This document shows positions 1 to 13,700 of a stretch of DNA of 64,000 nucleotides, piece after piece. Source of the DNA: Strigamia acuminata (Eukaryota); contig OX442314.1 of NCBI GenBank assembly GCA_949358305.1, forward strand, positions 20,646,001 to 20,710,000, given 5' to 3'. Below the pieces are notes generated by a model, which saw only the letters and a program-made list of their open reading frames with translations, did not search any database and was not told where the DNA came from. The translations under genes and the position numbers were made by a program. Positions within the stretch are counted from its first letter, which is position 1; the number at the start of each line of letters is the position of its first letter.

Positions 1-3000
1 TTTTTATCCTAATCTCTGTATAGCAAAGCCAACTTGTCTACCTGTGTCGTTAGTGGCGTGCTTCCCTCTTCAGTTAACTTACAAATTTAAAATAGAATTT
101 TTATAATTATCAATTTAAAAAAAAAGAAAAAAAAAATTACTTTCAAGGTAAAAATTGCTTTTTTTCCTTCCCATCGCTATATTTTCACACAATTAAAATA
201 AAATTTGCGGTTTTCTTTTGACGTAAAACTTCAAAGAAAAGATGCCAAAACAAGTCAGAAGACATTCAGCAGTTATTTTTAAACGCGGACTTCATTTCAC
301 GTTTAGGGGTGACATGTTTTAACACCATATGCAAAACATAAAAGAGAAACACCATAAAATTTCATATATCACTTTATGGTATAATTTCCATCTTGTCTCT
401 TTTCAATCTTCTTTTTAAACTCTTTCTTTTCTTATTTTTTTTTCTTTAAAGAAACTTTTTTCCATTAAACAATGTCTAGGCATTTATTAATGAAGAATTA
501 AATGTAATTTCTTTTTCATTCTGCTAACTGTCCTGGGAACCATCTCATTTGCCAATGTGAAATTGCCGCCTAAGGAAAAAGCTCCCGACACTAAACATTT
601 GTCACGAAACTCTAACCTTATTTGTCATCCCACTGAATGCTCAAATCAGCACACGGATCAAAACTCCTTTCTCAACATCAAAACGAATTAGGATAATTGG
701 CAGAAAAAATATGCTTCAAACCCGAACAAAAATAAACACCACAAACTATACTGTTCAAATTCCTCCTGCGTGTTTATAAACAGATTCAAATCTCCGACAC
801 AAAAGCTCAATATTATTATAAAATTAATCTCAAAATTAAAATTCATCAATTTGGATCCAATTTGAATACATGTGTTTTTCGTGTCGTAGACGCCAAATGC
901 TGATAAAAAAACACATTTGCTAACACAACACGATTAGAATGGATGAAAAGACTTTCAAATGCATCAAGTTTTTTATTTTTTTTATTTTGTATCCAAGATG
1001 GCTCACAGGCTCGTATCTGTACAGCAGTTTGCTGCTTGCAGCGATCTTGAAGTAATGTTTTGTTCAACAAATTTTCATTGTATAAAATGATGTTTTTCTT
1101 GTATATTATCCAAACTTCTCTATAAGCAGCTCTAGGCCGCTGCTGATTTTATATGCACCAACCCTAGTCATTTGCATTTTCATTATCGTCAAAAGTTATA
1201 TAAAAGAAAGAACAAAAAAATTGAAACAAAGCAAATTTAGCATCGATCTGCTCTAGTTTATCGCCAAGCTTTGTCACGTGACTTTGTGCAATGATCTGAT
1301 CTGGAAATAACAGTTCTAAGGCACTATATTGAGTTTTGTAAAATTTTAATTCTTTAATTCGTGTAATTTTCTAGAGAATAAACTGCTGAAAAGAGAAATC
1401 GTTGCGCCGTAAAAGCACCGTTATTAAATTGTTTCAAACGTCAAAACACGATGCTTTCTACAATTGAAAATATCCCTCCATCTTGAAAAATAATAACTCC
1501 CAATTTTTCAAATGCCCTATTTTCAACTTATTGACGAATGAGAAGTCAAAATACTGCCAGCCTCCGCTTGGAACTTTCTTCAAATTTCTCCAATAATATC
1601 GCTCGTTTTTCACTAATATATCTTTTTCTACATCAGCAACACATCACTAACTTCCAATATTGCCCCGTATTAATCTTACACTTGCAGGGCCACATTTAAT
1701 CTAGAATATCATTAATAAAAACCCTTCTTACAAATACTCGATTGATTTTATAATTGAAAAAATAAAACCACCCGTATTATCGTGTAGTTCTAACTTTAAA
1801 AAAGCCAACAAAAACACCCCATACATAAATTAACAAAACAAAAACCACGTACGAATGAATGCATTCGCTTTTCCACAATTTAATCGGCTTTCCCGTAATC
1901 TTAAAAAAAAATATTCACATGCAAATTAAGCTCGAATTTTCTTTCCACTCCACTAAAATCAATGCAAAAACCCACCAAAAACAACCCATCTTAATCACAC
2001 ACACAAAAAAAAGCTGACTTCATGACATTCCATTGTGACAAGTTATATATGCATATGTTGCTCATGGGAATTTGAGTGTCTCACTTTTCTTTCTCTGCAC
2101 ACAAAACCCTAAGACAAGCCTGGCATCAGCTTTTTTTCTCCCTCCTCGATTCCATTTTTATGAATCTTTTCTCTCCTTTTTTTTAATTAAACAACCAGTG
2201 CGAGTATTATTTTTTAATTTTCTAAATACTCGTTTCTTTTACGTATATAAATTAGTAATAAAACATTAATGTAAGTATATATTTAGAAAAAAAAAATTAC
2301 CTTTTCAAATACAATAGGCTTAAAAAACAAAATTCTTCTCTTACCTATGTTGGTACCGGATCACACATTGTGATCACGTGAAAACACCAGTCGACTTTTT
2401 ATGTTTAGCATTGATGAATGATCCAAAATTATTTTTCGATTATTAAAATATAGTTTTACCATCGCAATAATCGCCATACAACACAAATTTTCCGTTTTAA
2501 AACCGCAATTGCGTATTAAATTGAAATAAAGCACATCGACCGAGTGAGCAAACCGTAACAAACACGACATCCGAATAAGTGCGATGTCAAAAAAAAATCG
2601 CTTGTTCTGCGCATCCTGTCATTTCATCGTGACCAAAATTAGGAACAAATTTTTCCTTGAAAAATAATGTTAAAATGACGTCAAACACGTCAACTCTAAG
2701 GAATGTTTAATCGGTTTTCAGAGAAACCTAGAGAAACATAAACACACACATCTTTTTAAACGAGACCTGCTTTTAGACGGAATAAACTTCCACGGTTAAA
2801 TTATTAAATTACATTTCTGTGGCATTATATCAATATTGCAAGTAAGACTTCCGAAATGGGCCAAAACAGAAAATGCTGGGATATTTGCATATTTTATCTG
2901 ATTACCCAAGTTTGGCAAAGCAACGCACTAATACATATTACATTGCAACGAGAGAATAGCAGAAGAAGGTTCAGTGCACCAACAGAATTTAATGAAAAGT

Positions 3001-6000
3001 GAAAATGCAATTCAAGTAAGGAATTAACAATTTTTCAAAAACAAACCAGACGTAAAGTGCAAAACTAAAAACCTAAAAGAAAAAGAAAATCCAACAAATT
3101 CAGTCGAGAAAATAGAAGCAAATGCCAAATAGAAAATGGATGAATTTTTAGTTCAATATTTTACCACTGTGAGGCAGTCGTCTGTGACCGTTCATTACAT
3201 TACAATCAGAATCTGCGTGTCAGAGATTCGAATCATTCACAGGATTCGGTTGGGATCGGTTGAGATTCAGTTGGGATTCGGAAAGATTTAGATGATTATT
3301 TTAATTAAAAAAATTGAAAATATTTTAACAAATTGAAAATATTTTAACTTTTTTCCAATTTTCGACAAAGAATTAAAAAAAATTATAAAATGTAAATATT
3401 CGGGATTCGGAGATTCGGAACGGGATTCGAAAGCCCATGTCAGAGCTTCGGTTGAATGTCATACCCCCCCCTGGTTCATTATTATCATGGTAGAAAAGAC
3501 CAACCACCATGATTATAACGCATAAACATTTCCCTCGACATTTCCTGCGTCTTACAGTCGCATAAATAAAACGAACCGTTCCGAGATTATTCTTTTTTAA
3601 TGTCACCCAACGAGTGAACTCTGACATCGCACCAATTGAAAATATATCAATCTTCCATTCGGTGCACATGCTATCGATTTGCCAAACTGTCTTTTTCGAT
3701 ACAGAATAATAAACAAGTTGCTCGCTATATTCCTCGACCATAAATTAATATAATGTCTATTTAATTTTAAACCACGTGGACTCATCAAACCAGCATCAAA
3801 TTTCCATATTTCGCCCATCACATCACTTGCCATTGCCACACAAGCTTGAACAGAAAGAGAGTAACAGAGATGATAACATAGATCAATCAATATTTCAATC
3901 CACTCTTTTTTTCATGCGCTCATCTCTCTTCGTGTCTGCATCTGACAAGACATCAAAGTACAATAATGCACAAGACAGTCACGCACGTCCAATGCAGATG
4001 CCGCCGCTACAAAGACGAATTCAGTGTTGTTACACTGCCATATAAATGCCAGCTTTGCCTTCATGAGGAAAAGCCCCTGACTGTCGATACGTGTTATTGG
4101 CACACACACACACAGCCCTGAGTTTGAAGCGAATTCAATGCACGATTACAATCTTGTACATGAAAAAGTGAAAGGGAAACAAAAAATTTAATACGTTTGT
4201 GAGTGGCAGCGCCACCGTGTAGTCATTATCGTATGTAAAGTTAGGATTGGCTCTATTATTAGTTTGTATTTACATCGTTTAAAAAAAAAAGGAAAGGGAA
4301 AAAAGTTAGGCATAAAAACCTTCAAAATACTTTGAATTAACATTGATATTGAAAAGTTTTCTCTTATCTGCCAAGTCATCATGCTTAAAATGCACTGTAG
4401 AAGAACGGTAAAAATTCCTAAAGATTTGCCCTTCAGATAGATGTGAAAAAGCCATTTTATTTCACTGCACAAGAAACTAGGGATCTATAAAGTCAAAAAC
4501 AACTTCTCCTTACATAACAGTTTGCAGAGGTAAGAAAAAATGAAGTGCAGCAGTAAAGCACTTCTTTCTTCTGATAAAGAATACCAAAATAGGTTTATTA
4601 TGTGTTAACAAACGCCATTAATCACGAAAAATAACCACGACCGAGCAATAACAATTGCAAATTTAAATAATTCTTATCCAAAAATTGTTAAGAGAACAAA
4701 TATAAAAATAAAAAACAATATACACGCATATATGCAGGCAATAAAAATGTAGCAAATGCCAAATCCAACTTTTATCATAGCATTTTGCAATATTTGGACA
4801 TTCTTTATTCCAAAAATAAAATACTTTTAAACGTTATTACTTTTCCTACTTTCTTGGAATGATATTAATTCCACATTCTAACTAAAAGTTATTATTCAAA
4901 AAGCCTTTTCAATGTGGATTTAAAAATTATTCCAACCTAGCTTTATTCTGCGTGAAACGTGTTTGTTTTCCATTAATATATCCCCTCTTGAGTTCAACTT
5001 ATCAAACTCAAGCAAATATTTACCCTGACAAATCTAATTAAAACCAATGATAAGATGCAACAACAATTCCAAGCTTTTCAAAGTTGCGAGGTATAATTTA
5101 CCACAAGACTAGACAAGATAGAGACTCTCAAATGTGCATACACTTGCAACCAGTATACAGCTCCAGCTGCAAACTGAATTATCTCAACTAAAAGGGCTTC
5201 TTGACACAATCCCGACAGCTTTCCTCGTTACCCTACAGTTTGAATAATTCAATTTCAGCAAATCCAACGAGAGAAAAGTCCCAACATTTTTAAAACTTCA
5301 CTGCTAGTACATTATCTTATTAACAAGTCTCTCTTTTTCATTAAAACAGAGTTGTAGTATATTAATATATCATCATCTCATTATTTGTTTATTTAACCAA
5401 TAAAAATCACTTTCATTCTATGTAAGGAAAAAGAAAAAGTCCATGTTGAGACAGCGGAAAAAAATTGTTTTAATTTGGTTTTAAGCAGCTAAAACATCGA
5501 TTACCAACACGATCTCCTTTTAGTCTTCTTTTTTGGATTGGTTTGGTACTTTGGTCTTTAAATATATTTCAACGAGCGAGCGGCAAATGGCTTTCGGTTC
5601 GGCTGATCAAAAGTTCATCTTAAATGCCCGATTTAATCAAACACCATGAATATAAGCTAATCTAATCACCAAAAACCACATATTAAAAATCCCTCTTATT
5701 TCTAGAATTGTTTTCCTTAACTATGTTTTGTTGATTTCAAACTGAGACACAAACACGAGGGAAAGAATGATAATGTTTCTATTTCCAAATTCAGCGGCAA
5801 TCGAAAATAGAATAACACAGTAAATCCAGACACCGGCGTAAATATAAAGACCTTAAGTGTGTAGAATTAATTTTTTTTAGAATAATGTTGCTATACATTT
5901 GACGGTCAAGACAAGTTATTACGTTAGTCATAGTTTTAGTTTTTATGTACCTCTTGTAAATTCTCAAGACCATAAATCAATAACAACTATGCACTCAATT

Positions 6001-9000
6001 TGACACTTGTAACATTCAATTTCATTTTTGTTTTAAATGAATTTAATTTTCTTTCTAAAAAAGAAACTTATTCAAAAAAAATTTCACGACTTTCTAATAA
6101 TATAGCAAATCCCCTATAATCATGTTTTAAAATATGCTCGTGCTTAAACATTTTTCTCTTTGCTTGTGTAAAATCAATGTAATTTCAAGCAATTTCAGAC
6201 GTAACAGAAATGGCTTCTTTGGAAGCCAACTAAAAATGAAAACACGAGGTTAATTATGGCGTTACTCACAAAAATCAAATAATAATTTTTAAATTAAAAA
6301 AAAAAAACACAGAGAACATTATGGTTATGAAATATTAAAACTCGTAAAATGTACAAAAACTTCAAAGAAAATTCAGGAAAAGTAATAAAATAACCTTTAA
6401 TTAAACCCCAAGTTAACACAAACGCAACTCATAATTAACCCCTTCAAAAAATAGAGATTTTCTCTTAAAACTGTCTGAAACCAACTAATTAAATACAAGA
6501 CAAATCCTTAAATCTTATCTAACTAAAAACTATCCATTCTTAAAAACGACCCATAAACTTATCCAACATCTGGTGACTTCATTAAGACATAATCTTTCTT
6601 CTACCATTACTCACTCTTTAAATTTTAATTTCAATTTTAATTATTATCGCCAAAAATGAAATAGAGACAGAAAACAACCTGCAAGTATTAAACCAGAGAG
6701 AATAGAGGAAGGAAAAGTAAAAAAAAAAAAAAAAAAAAAAAGATTAATATGAAAAGCAATTTCTCAATTTCCCAAAACACCAAAATAGACAGCTGCCACA
6801 GATAAAGGAGGGGAAAATGTGCATGCTAGGGTAAAATCCGACTTGATATATATTCTAGAAGAGAAAGAGGGGAAAAAACGAAATTAAAATGTCAAATGTC
6901 TCTAGCCTAAGTCTTAAATTAACCTGTCAATTTCTGCTGTTGTTCGTCAACCATTTTTCTGCTTCTAAAATTGAAAAATAAGAGAAAAGGAGAAAAATAA
7001 TATATAAATAAATAGCACGAAGGAAAAAATAAAAAAAAATAAAGCCTCTACTTCTCCACTTAATCTTTTCTTACACTCCCGCAGTCAAACTGAAAATTGA
7101 CTCATTTTTCTCAAAAATATCCATTTGTACAAGAAGTTGCAACTCCCAATCGCTAAAACTAAAAAAAAAAATATTTATATATTTTGACTCGTCACGTCAA
7201 AGCAACATTCTTCCAATAACAATAATCACAGCATCTTTATTCACCCACAAAGAGCCCTCTGCAAAGCTGTCAAGTGATATTTGATGGCAGCCAATATCCT
7301 CCTTGATACCAAAAGTTGCAGGAAAAAAAATGAAAGAACAGGGGTGGGTTGAAAAAAAAGGATAGAAGAGTAATGGAAGGAGAGTTTGATCTTAAAATAC
7401 CAACATTACGTCATTGAAAATTGATTGCTTGTCTTCTAGCTTCAGATTAACGATCAAAGGTGAAATTGCAATCCGGCGAATCAATTCGTACGTTTCACAT
7501 ACAAGCAACATCCCCTTCACTCCAATCTTCATCGGTCATCCCACATCCAAACCCTAATAACAACAAAAAATATCTACTACTGTAACTACTTAACAAAATA
7601 TTTTCTTTAATCTTCTATTTCTTATTTCTTTTTACTTTCTTTTTTTCCTCATGTTTCCACCTGCACCAGTTCCCAATGCACTTTTTTCATTTTTATAAAA
7701 TAAATTCGATTTCCTGTTCCGTTTTTTAATTCCACCACATGAATAAAGTGGTAAATTTTAATAGAACGCTTAATATTTCTCAAACAAACATAATCAAAAA
7801 AGTTTAAACAAAAAAACCTTCAATCAAAAACTTTCCTATGTACTGAAAACAAAGTCTAACAATCAATTTTTTTTTAGACTTTCTACTTATTTTTTGTCCA
7901 AACAAACTTGAAAAGAACCCTTCCCTACCTATATAGGAGTGCAAACAGTAGCTCCTTGCCGGGCAAACACACAAATGATTCATCAATCAAGTTTGGAGCA
8001 CAACTAAGACACTCCCCAAAGTCGGCAAAGTCCACTTCATTCCATTAACTAAATATTTGAAGCGATCCGAAACCAGAAAGGGTCAGTGGCCAACTGCCCT
8101 AAACCAGGTTCGGTGTGATAAAAGTCAAGCTATTTGTCTTCGCATAACACCAGCCAAAAAGATGTAGTAGATTCCTCTACGATCGTGTCTTATATGTCAC
8201 GTTCTTCTGTCATCGCTTTGACCTCCGGTCACTCGTGAATGGAGTCTGCACCACCAAGTTCCAAGTAATCAATCGTTATTTTATCACCTAACCATTCAAA
8301 GCGCCAACTTCCCGCCTCGAGATTTATACCGAGTCGAGAACCCAAAAGAACATGAATCACTCAACCTCCGACGAAGAAAAACTCCAAAAATATTTAATAA
8401 AAAGTTGCTTAGAAAAAATGTTAAAATGGAAATTATAACATCATACCTGCTCGCTATTTATTATTCGGAAAAGTTAACAAACTAGCCGAAATTAATTATT
8501 AAAAATTAATTTGCCATTTTGTCACATTAAGTTCTAGTTAGTTTTGTAATTTGTTAATCAGTTTTGTTTAAAATGTTTATCGGAGTCTAAATTATTTAGT
8601 ATTTACTAACTAAACAACAAACTCCCTCCCATTGGCTAAATTCATCCACTGTCGGGCAAGCAAATAGAGTTTCTCTCCTTTGTGTTACACTATTAATAAC
8701 AAAGAACTCTTCTTTAATCAAAAGCTGTTGCACGCCAAGAAAAAATAAAAAGTTATTCAACTACCAGACGCTGATGACAAAAGTTCTATGCAACGCGTTA
8801 ACTAAAGTCAGCATCCTGTATATTAACTTTTAATCAAGTTTAAAGGAATTCGTAATATTGCTTTGATGTGGCAAAACCACTGAAATTCATGCAGAATAAA
8901 CGTTAGTACCAAACCGCTGTCAACGTGATGTGCTCGTTGAAGTTGTAACAACTTGACTACATATACTTGTTTACGGTTTTCTTCTCTACCATATTTTTGA

Positions 9001-10652
9001 CCACCCGTAGGAAATCGAACAAACTTTATTGCATCGGGAAAAACCCTTTAAACATAGAACTAAGAAACGATATTTCTGGGCAGTCACCGCACGAAAATTT
9101 AGCAGCTGTAACCGATGTTGTTCAAAACATCAAACTTTCATTTCTGGCCTTTGACATTCAAAATGCATTGACATTACAACCACCATCTGCTCTCCATTAA
9201 ATTTATCCACCTTTTGTTATTCCTCCAAAGGGACGAAAAAAAAGTTTTATATAAACCAAAAATCCATTTCACTTCAAATAGATGATTCCGAAAAAGAAAA
9301 AAAACATACTTTTTCACTCAAAAGGGCCGAACAAAATAAAGGCCTTTCAAAGAGGGAGAAAAGGATACATGCTTCACCACTCTCAAACTTCTACACACTC
9401 CATCACTTTTTCCTATTCCCAAATTTTTTACGACTTTTTATACCCAGGTCTTTAATAATCATGCGCCCACTAAACCTCATATAAACCATCCGTTAAAAGA
9501 AAAACTAAATCATTGCTGCAACTGAGCACATCAACATTTCAACTTAGTTGTAAACAACATTCCCATACTGACTAAACACTTAAATCTCCCTCATTCCCTC
9601 GAAAAAAAAGTCGAAAAAAAAGAAATCAATAAAACCTAGTAAAAACCAAACTTCATTTCCTGCAAAAATGTCTGGAATGGTAACACATCTGTTTATGACC
9701 CTCCTAAAAGCGGTGAAAAAAAATCTTCAACTTGTCATTGCTCATTTACAGTAAAAACTCTAACAAAAATCTACAAAAAGTATCAAGAAAAATAAAACCT
9801 AACCCTAAAAAAAGGGAATAAAAAAGCAGGGAGAAAAAATCTTTCTTCATCCACCATCTTGCACAATGTACCAATAAGTGCAAAAGGACATTGCTTCATT
9901 CCAGATGGCACCACAAGAGGATGAGCGGGTCTTCGATGACCTCCATGTCATATCTGCAGTACATGGAAGAGGAAGACACTTTTGAAAACGGTCTCCACCC
10001 TCCTCCTTTTCAATTTTGGAGTGCAATGAGAGAAACTTGCTTCCATCCCCAATCTAATAGCATCTCATTCCAACTTGTAATCGGATAGATTGGCTCGCAA
10101 CATAAAACTTTTCTTTATGGTCCAACGCCTATGTGAGCCAATAACATCAAGTTTCGGCGAAGAGAGCGACGCAAAATATGAAAACCCCTTTTGCTACAAC
10201 CAATATCATGCATTTCATTCCGACTCGCCCATGAACACAGACAAGGTGCTTTGCATACTTAAGGGTAAATGTTCCTAGACTTCTCGATGCGCCTCTAGTG
10301 AACTATCAATGACCTTCATATAACCTGCACTGGTTATGTGACAACCTTTTGATTTTATGTTACAACTCATCACCTCGCATTTAAATAATCGTCCTCACGT
10401 GACATGCACGTCTTATTTATTTACCAAACTCATTAGCATTTCTTTTCATTCATCTCACGAGACCAAATAAAATAAACCATATTGTCAATCACAAAGAAAA
10501 CGTGTAATAATTGATTCAACATTACAAAAAATACATTTAAACCCATTAAAATCTGCATTTAAATTCCAAAGAATGCATTTTTAAAAAAAAAATTAATATT
10601 ATTTCCTATAATAGTTATTATTAAAAAATAAAAAATAAAAATAAAAACTTAC
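1..10652 (-). other. Downstream intron of the CELF gene (over 10.6 kb, apparently running off the window)
   Basis: Starts GTAAGT at 10652. I found no MHHPIQMKPADSE-like exon by eye, though a short divergent exon could have been missed. Confidence 0.65.
3221..3432 (+). repeat. Degenerate (G/A)GATTCG(G) motif clusters around an AT-rich spacer with a 19-bp tandem duplication
   Basis: GATTCG-like units at 3224-3290 and 3397-3430. AAATTGAAAATATTTTAAC occurs twice in tandem at 3311-3348. Confidence 0.6.
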
Positions 10653-10735
10653 CCCTGGCATCGTATGCATATTGTGTAACTTATTCTGCGCCTCTAACGC
10701 GGCTTTCCGTGAGAAGAAAGTAACAAAACAGCAGC
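10653..10735 (-). CDS. CELF2: CELF1/2 coding exon, C-terminal part of RRM1 (83 nt), absent from the ORF track
   Basis: The minus strand reads tttgttgattgcag|GC TGC TGT TTT GTT ACT TTC TTC TCA CGG AAA GCC GCG TTA GAG GCG CAG AAT AAG TTA CAC AAT ATG CAT ACG ATG CCA GGG|gtaagt, which translates as (G)[27 protein letters not shown]. It completes RNP1 (KGCCFVTF) in frame with the 47251 donor and resembles CELF1/2 [22 protein letters not shown], not CELF3-6 GCAFLTY. It ends in phase 0. Confidence 0.95.
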
Positions 10736-10769
10736 CTGCAATCAACAAATAAGAAAAAAAAGGCATTAG
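10736..10769 (-). promoter_or_regulatory. Branch point, polypyrimidine tract and 3' splice site of the 83-nt exon
   Basis: Minus strand CTAAT (10769-10765, branch A about 30 nt from the AG), then a U-rich tract, then TTGCAG. Confidence 0.7.
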
Positions 10770-13700
10770 ATCACTACTAAAACTCCATTAAAAGTAAAAC
10801 AAACAATTGAAACCAAAAGCACTCCCAGGTTATAAATTCTAAACAATTACTATATTTATTCATCATCCGTTTATCCAAGTGGGCAATTTAAGCAGACATG
10901 CAAATAAATGGAAAACACCTCAAATTTACAACAACCTAGAGACACATACACGCTCTCGTTATTAATTCCGAGCAGTCAGTTAAGTCGAATACTTTGAACC
11001 GCAACCAACATTCCTATAAAACTGCCAGGCAAAGCCCTGACCGCAATGTGCGCATGCTCAGCATCCGTAATCAAAATCAGTAAAGGGCCGCTATAGGCTT
11101 CCTCTTAATTTAAACGTACACGTAATACTTCATCAATGGAATTCGGTTAACACTTTATAATGAAAAATGTCACGTGACTCTCATTTAAAATAACGACTTT
11201 TAATTATTTCAACTCGACTTTAACACACTATCCAGCATCATTCCAAGATAAGCCTATTTAATATTAAATACATACGCTACAACTGAATCTTCTGTAATAC
11301 GCAGTGAATTTATGCAGCAAACAATGTTACAATTTCTTTGAAGTCTAAGTTTTTGAAAGTCGAAAATTCACACTTCTTGTTATCTCATGCTTCAAGTGCT
11401 GACACTTTCATATAAGAAAAGCGTGGCCTCTTCCACTTGTGTTTACACTTTGAATCTTGTTAACAGTCAAGACAGACAGACCATAGGGTCAGGCATTTTC
11501 CGCTTACTCGAGCACGACCACGGAATTTTCTATTCGATTTTCTTCCTGCCCTTTCAACTTGCCTCCTAACTCCTACTTTTCCACCACCAAACTTGTATTG
11601 ATCCATCATACAATATAACTTTTTCCCCCCTCTTTTTTTTCTATCCGCCAGCAAACTTGATTCCTTCGTACCTTTTCTCCCACCAGTGGTCACATGAATA
11701 TTCCCATTCGACTTGCCAAACAAAACTCCTTTCGAACATGAAGCTCCCACAAGATTTCAACGTCGTGGGCAGAAAATTCGAACCTCGCGTGTCAAAACAA
11801 ACTTCATATAAGCGAGCGAAAAATTGGAAAACTCGTCTTATCTTTAAACTCAACTTCATCTCTTCAATAGTTACAAATTCACGCAGAAACCCTCTAGAGT
11901 GACAGAACCAGTCACTTGCACGTTTACCTATATAAATGGTAATGTTTTGTCTTGCGAGAATTCGCCATTGCAAACAAATTGCATCAAAATAAGAGAAAAC
12001 ATCGCAACTCATTTATCTATCTTCTTCTAAGCGAGAGATCAAACAGCAGCGCAGTAATAGCTCCAAATCTCTCCACGCGCGCCAATTTTCTTTTTTAAAT
12101 TCAACAAAATCTCGCAATGCTTTTGGAACACTCAACCAAAAGTTTTAACTCTTTTATCCTTTGATTGCGCACCATTCTCAACTTTATCATCCCCTCTAGA
12201 AATTGAACAACCCCCTATCCATTTAAGAGCAACCAAACTGACCAGTGACACCGACAAATCTCCTTATAACACCTCAACACCTGGTCACGCCGAGCAAAGT
12301 TCGCACGTTTGGTGAATAACACCGAGCCATGATCTTCTACCTTCATTTTCCCCATTTTAACGACTTTCAAAACTCCCATCAACATCATCCTCCAAATGTT
12401 TAAGCTTGTAATTTCGTCGTCCTCATAAACTCAAGAAGTAAACTAGTAAACTTGCGCCACTGTACATGCCTACCAACTTTGTGATAAATGCCGCCCCCTG
12501 TTCTTCCAACGTGCAAACGATAGCGGCTTTCCCGCCTAGCAATAATGCCCAAACTGCAGCTTATTTTTCTGACTTGTTTAAAATGATTGCATTAGTTATA
12601 AATTTTAAGTTCCACGAGTATGAATCAAATAGAAGGTTAAAAACAAATATAAAAGTCAAAAAGTGCAAAAGACTTAGAAGAGAAAAAAAAATGCGGTGAA
12701 AATTGAACCATAAATTTGAGTTCATGTTGAGTTGACATTTAATGTTTCGCATATTTCAAAACTTTTATATTTAACAACTATAAATAATCGATTGATTAAA
12801 GCTCATTGTAGAAAAATACCACCGTGTGCATTTTATTATAATTTATTCCGAAAAGACTCTCATTTATCCCGCATGTCAGGTTAATTCACGTAGCAAACTC
12901 CTGGAACTTTTCCCGGACAATTCAAAATCCGTGACAAATTACGCACCTTTGGTAATCTCTACATGAGACCGCATGCATCTGCAACGGTAACAGACCCAAT
13001 CATTAATCAAAAGGAGGTGAAACGAGTCAAAATATTGTTGTTCCCACCATATCGCCACATTCGCCACGTTCCAAGAGAAAATGCAATGGATATAAATGGA
13101 GTAGATGACCATAGGATCCCCATAAGGACATCTGCTGCTACAAACCCACTCATAAATCTCCAACTTTGTTCGTATCAAATAACCAACATTAATGATGACG
13201 CGGCAACGACGACGGAACACAACAGCAATATGTTGCAATAACTTGCCAAATACAATTCAGCAACAATACGATATGTCCGAATTTATGCAATCACAGAAAC
13301 AAAAAAAATATTCTTTTATCTCAAAATTTAATTTTGTAAAATCCCATTTGACAATCCGCCCCTTAAATTCCCCCCCCCCTTCATCTTTCCCTCATTGCAC
13401 AACTAAGTCTTCAACTCTTGAAAATTTTACGCTAAATTTATTGCTGGACTTCAAATTAAACTCCGCATCATTAACCCCAAACCTGCCCTGAATAAAAATA
13501 ATGCATTAGACGCCAGTTAATTGTGAATCTTGTCAACCAACACGTCTAAACGCGACCTTTTTCCTTACATGGATAAAATATTTTAGAAAATATATATATT
13601 TTTTTCTAAGCAAATTTTTTTTTTTAGAAAATTGCTATTGAAATTAATGGCAAGTTTGAAGCCCCGATATTAAAAAAGACCATCATCATCATCCTAGGTG

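Noticed and set aside
12939..13491. Overlapping 92-99 aa ORFs on both strands
   Set aside because: No recognisable motif or convincing splice boundaries; lengths are compatible with chance.
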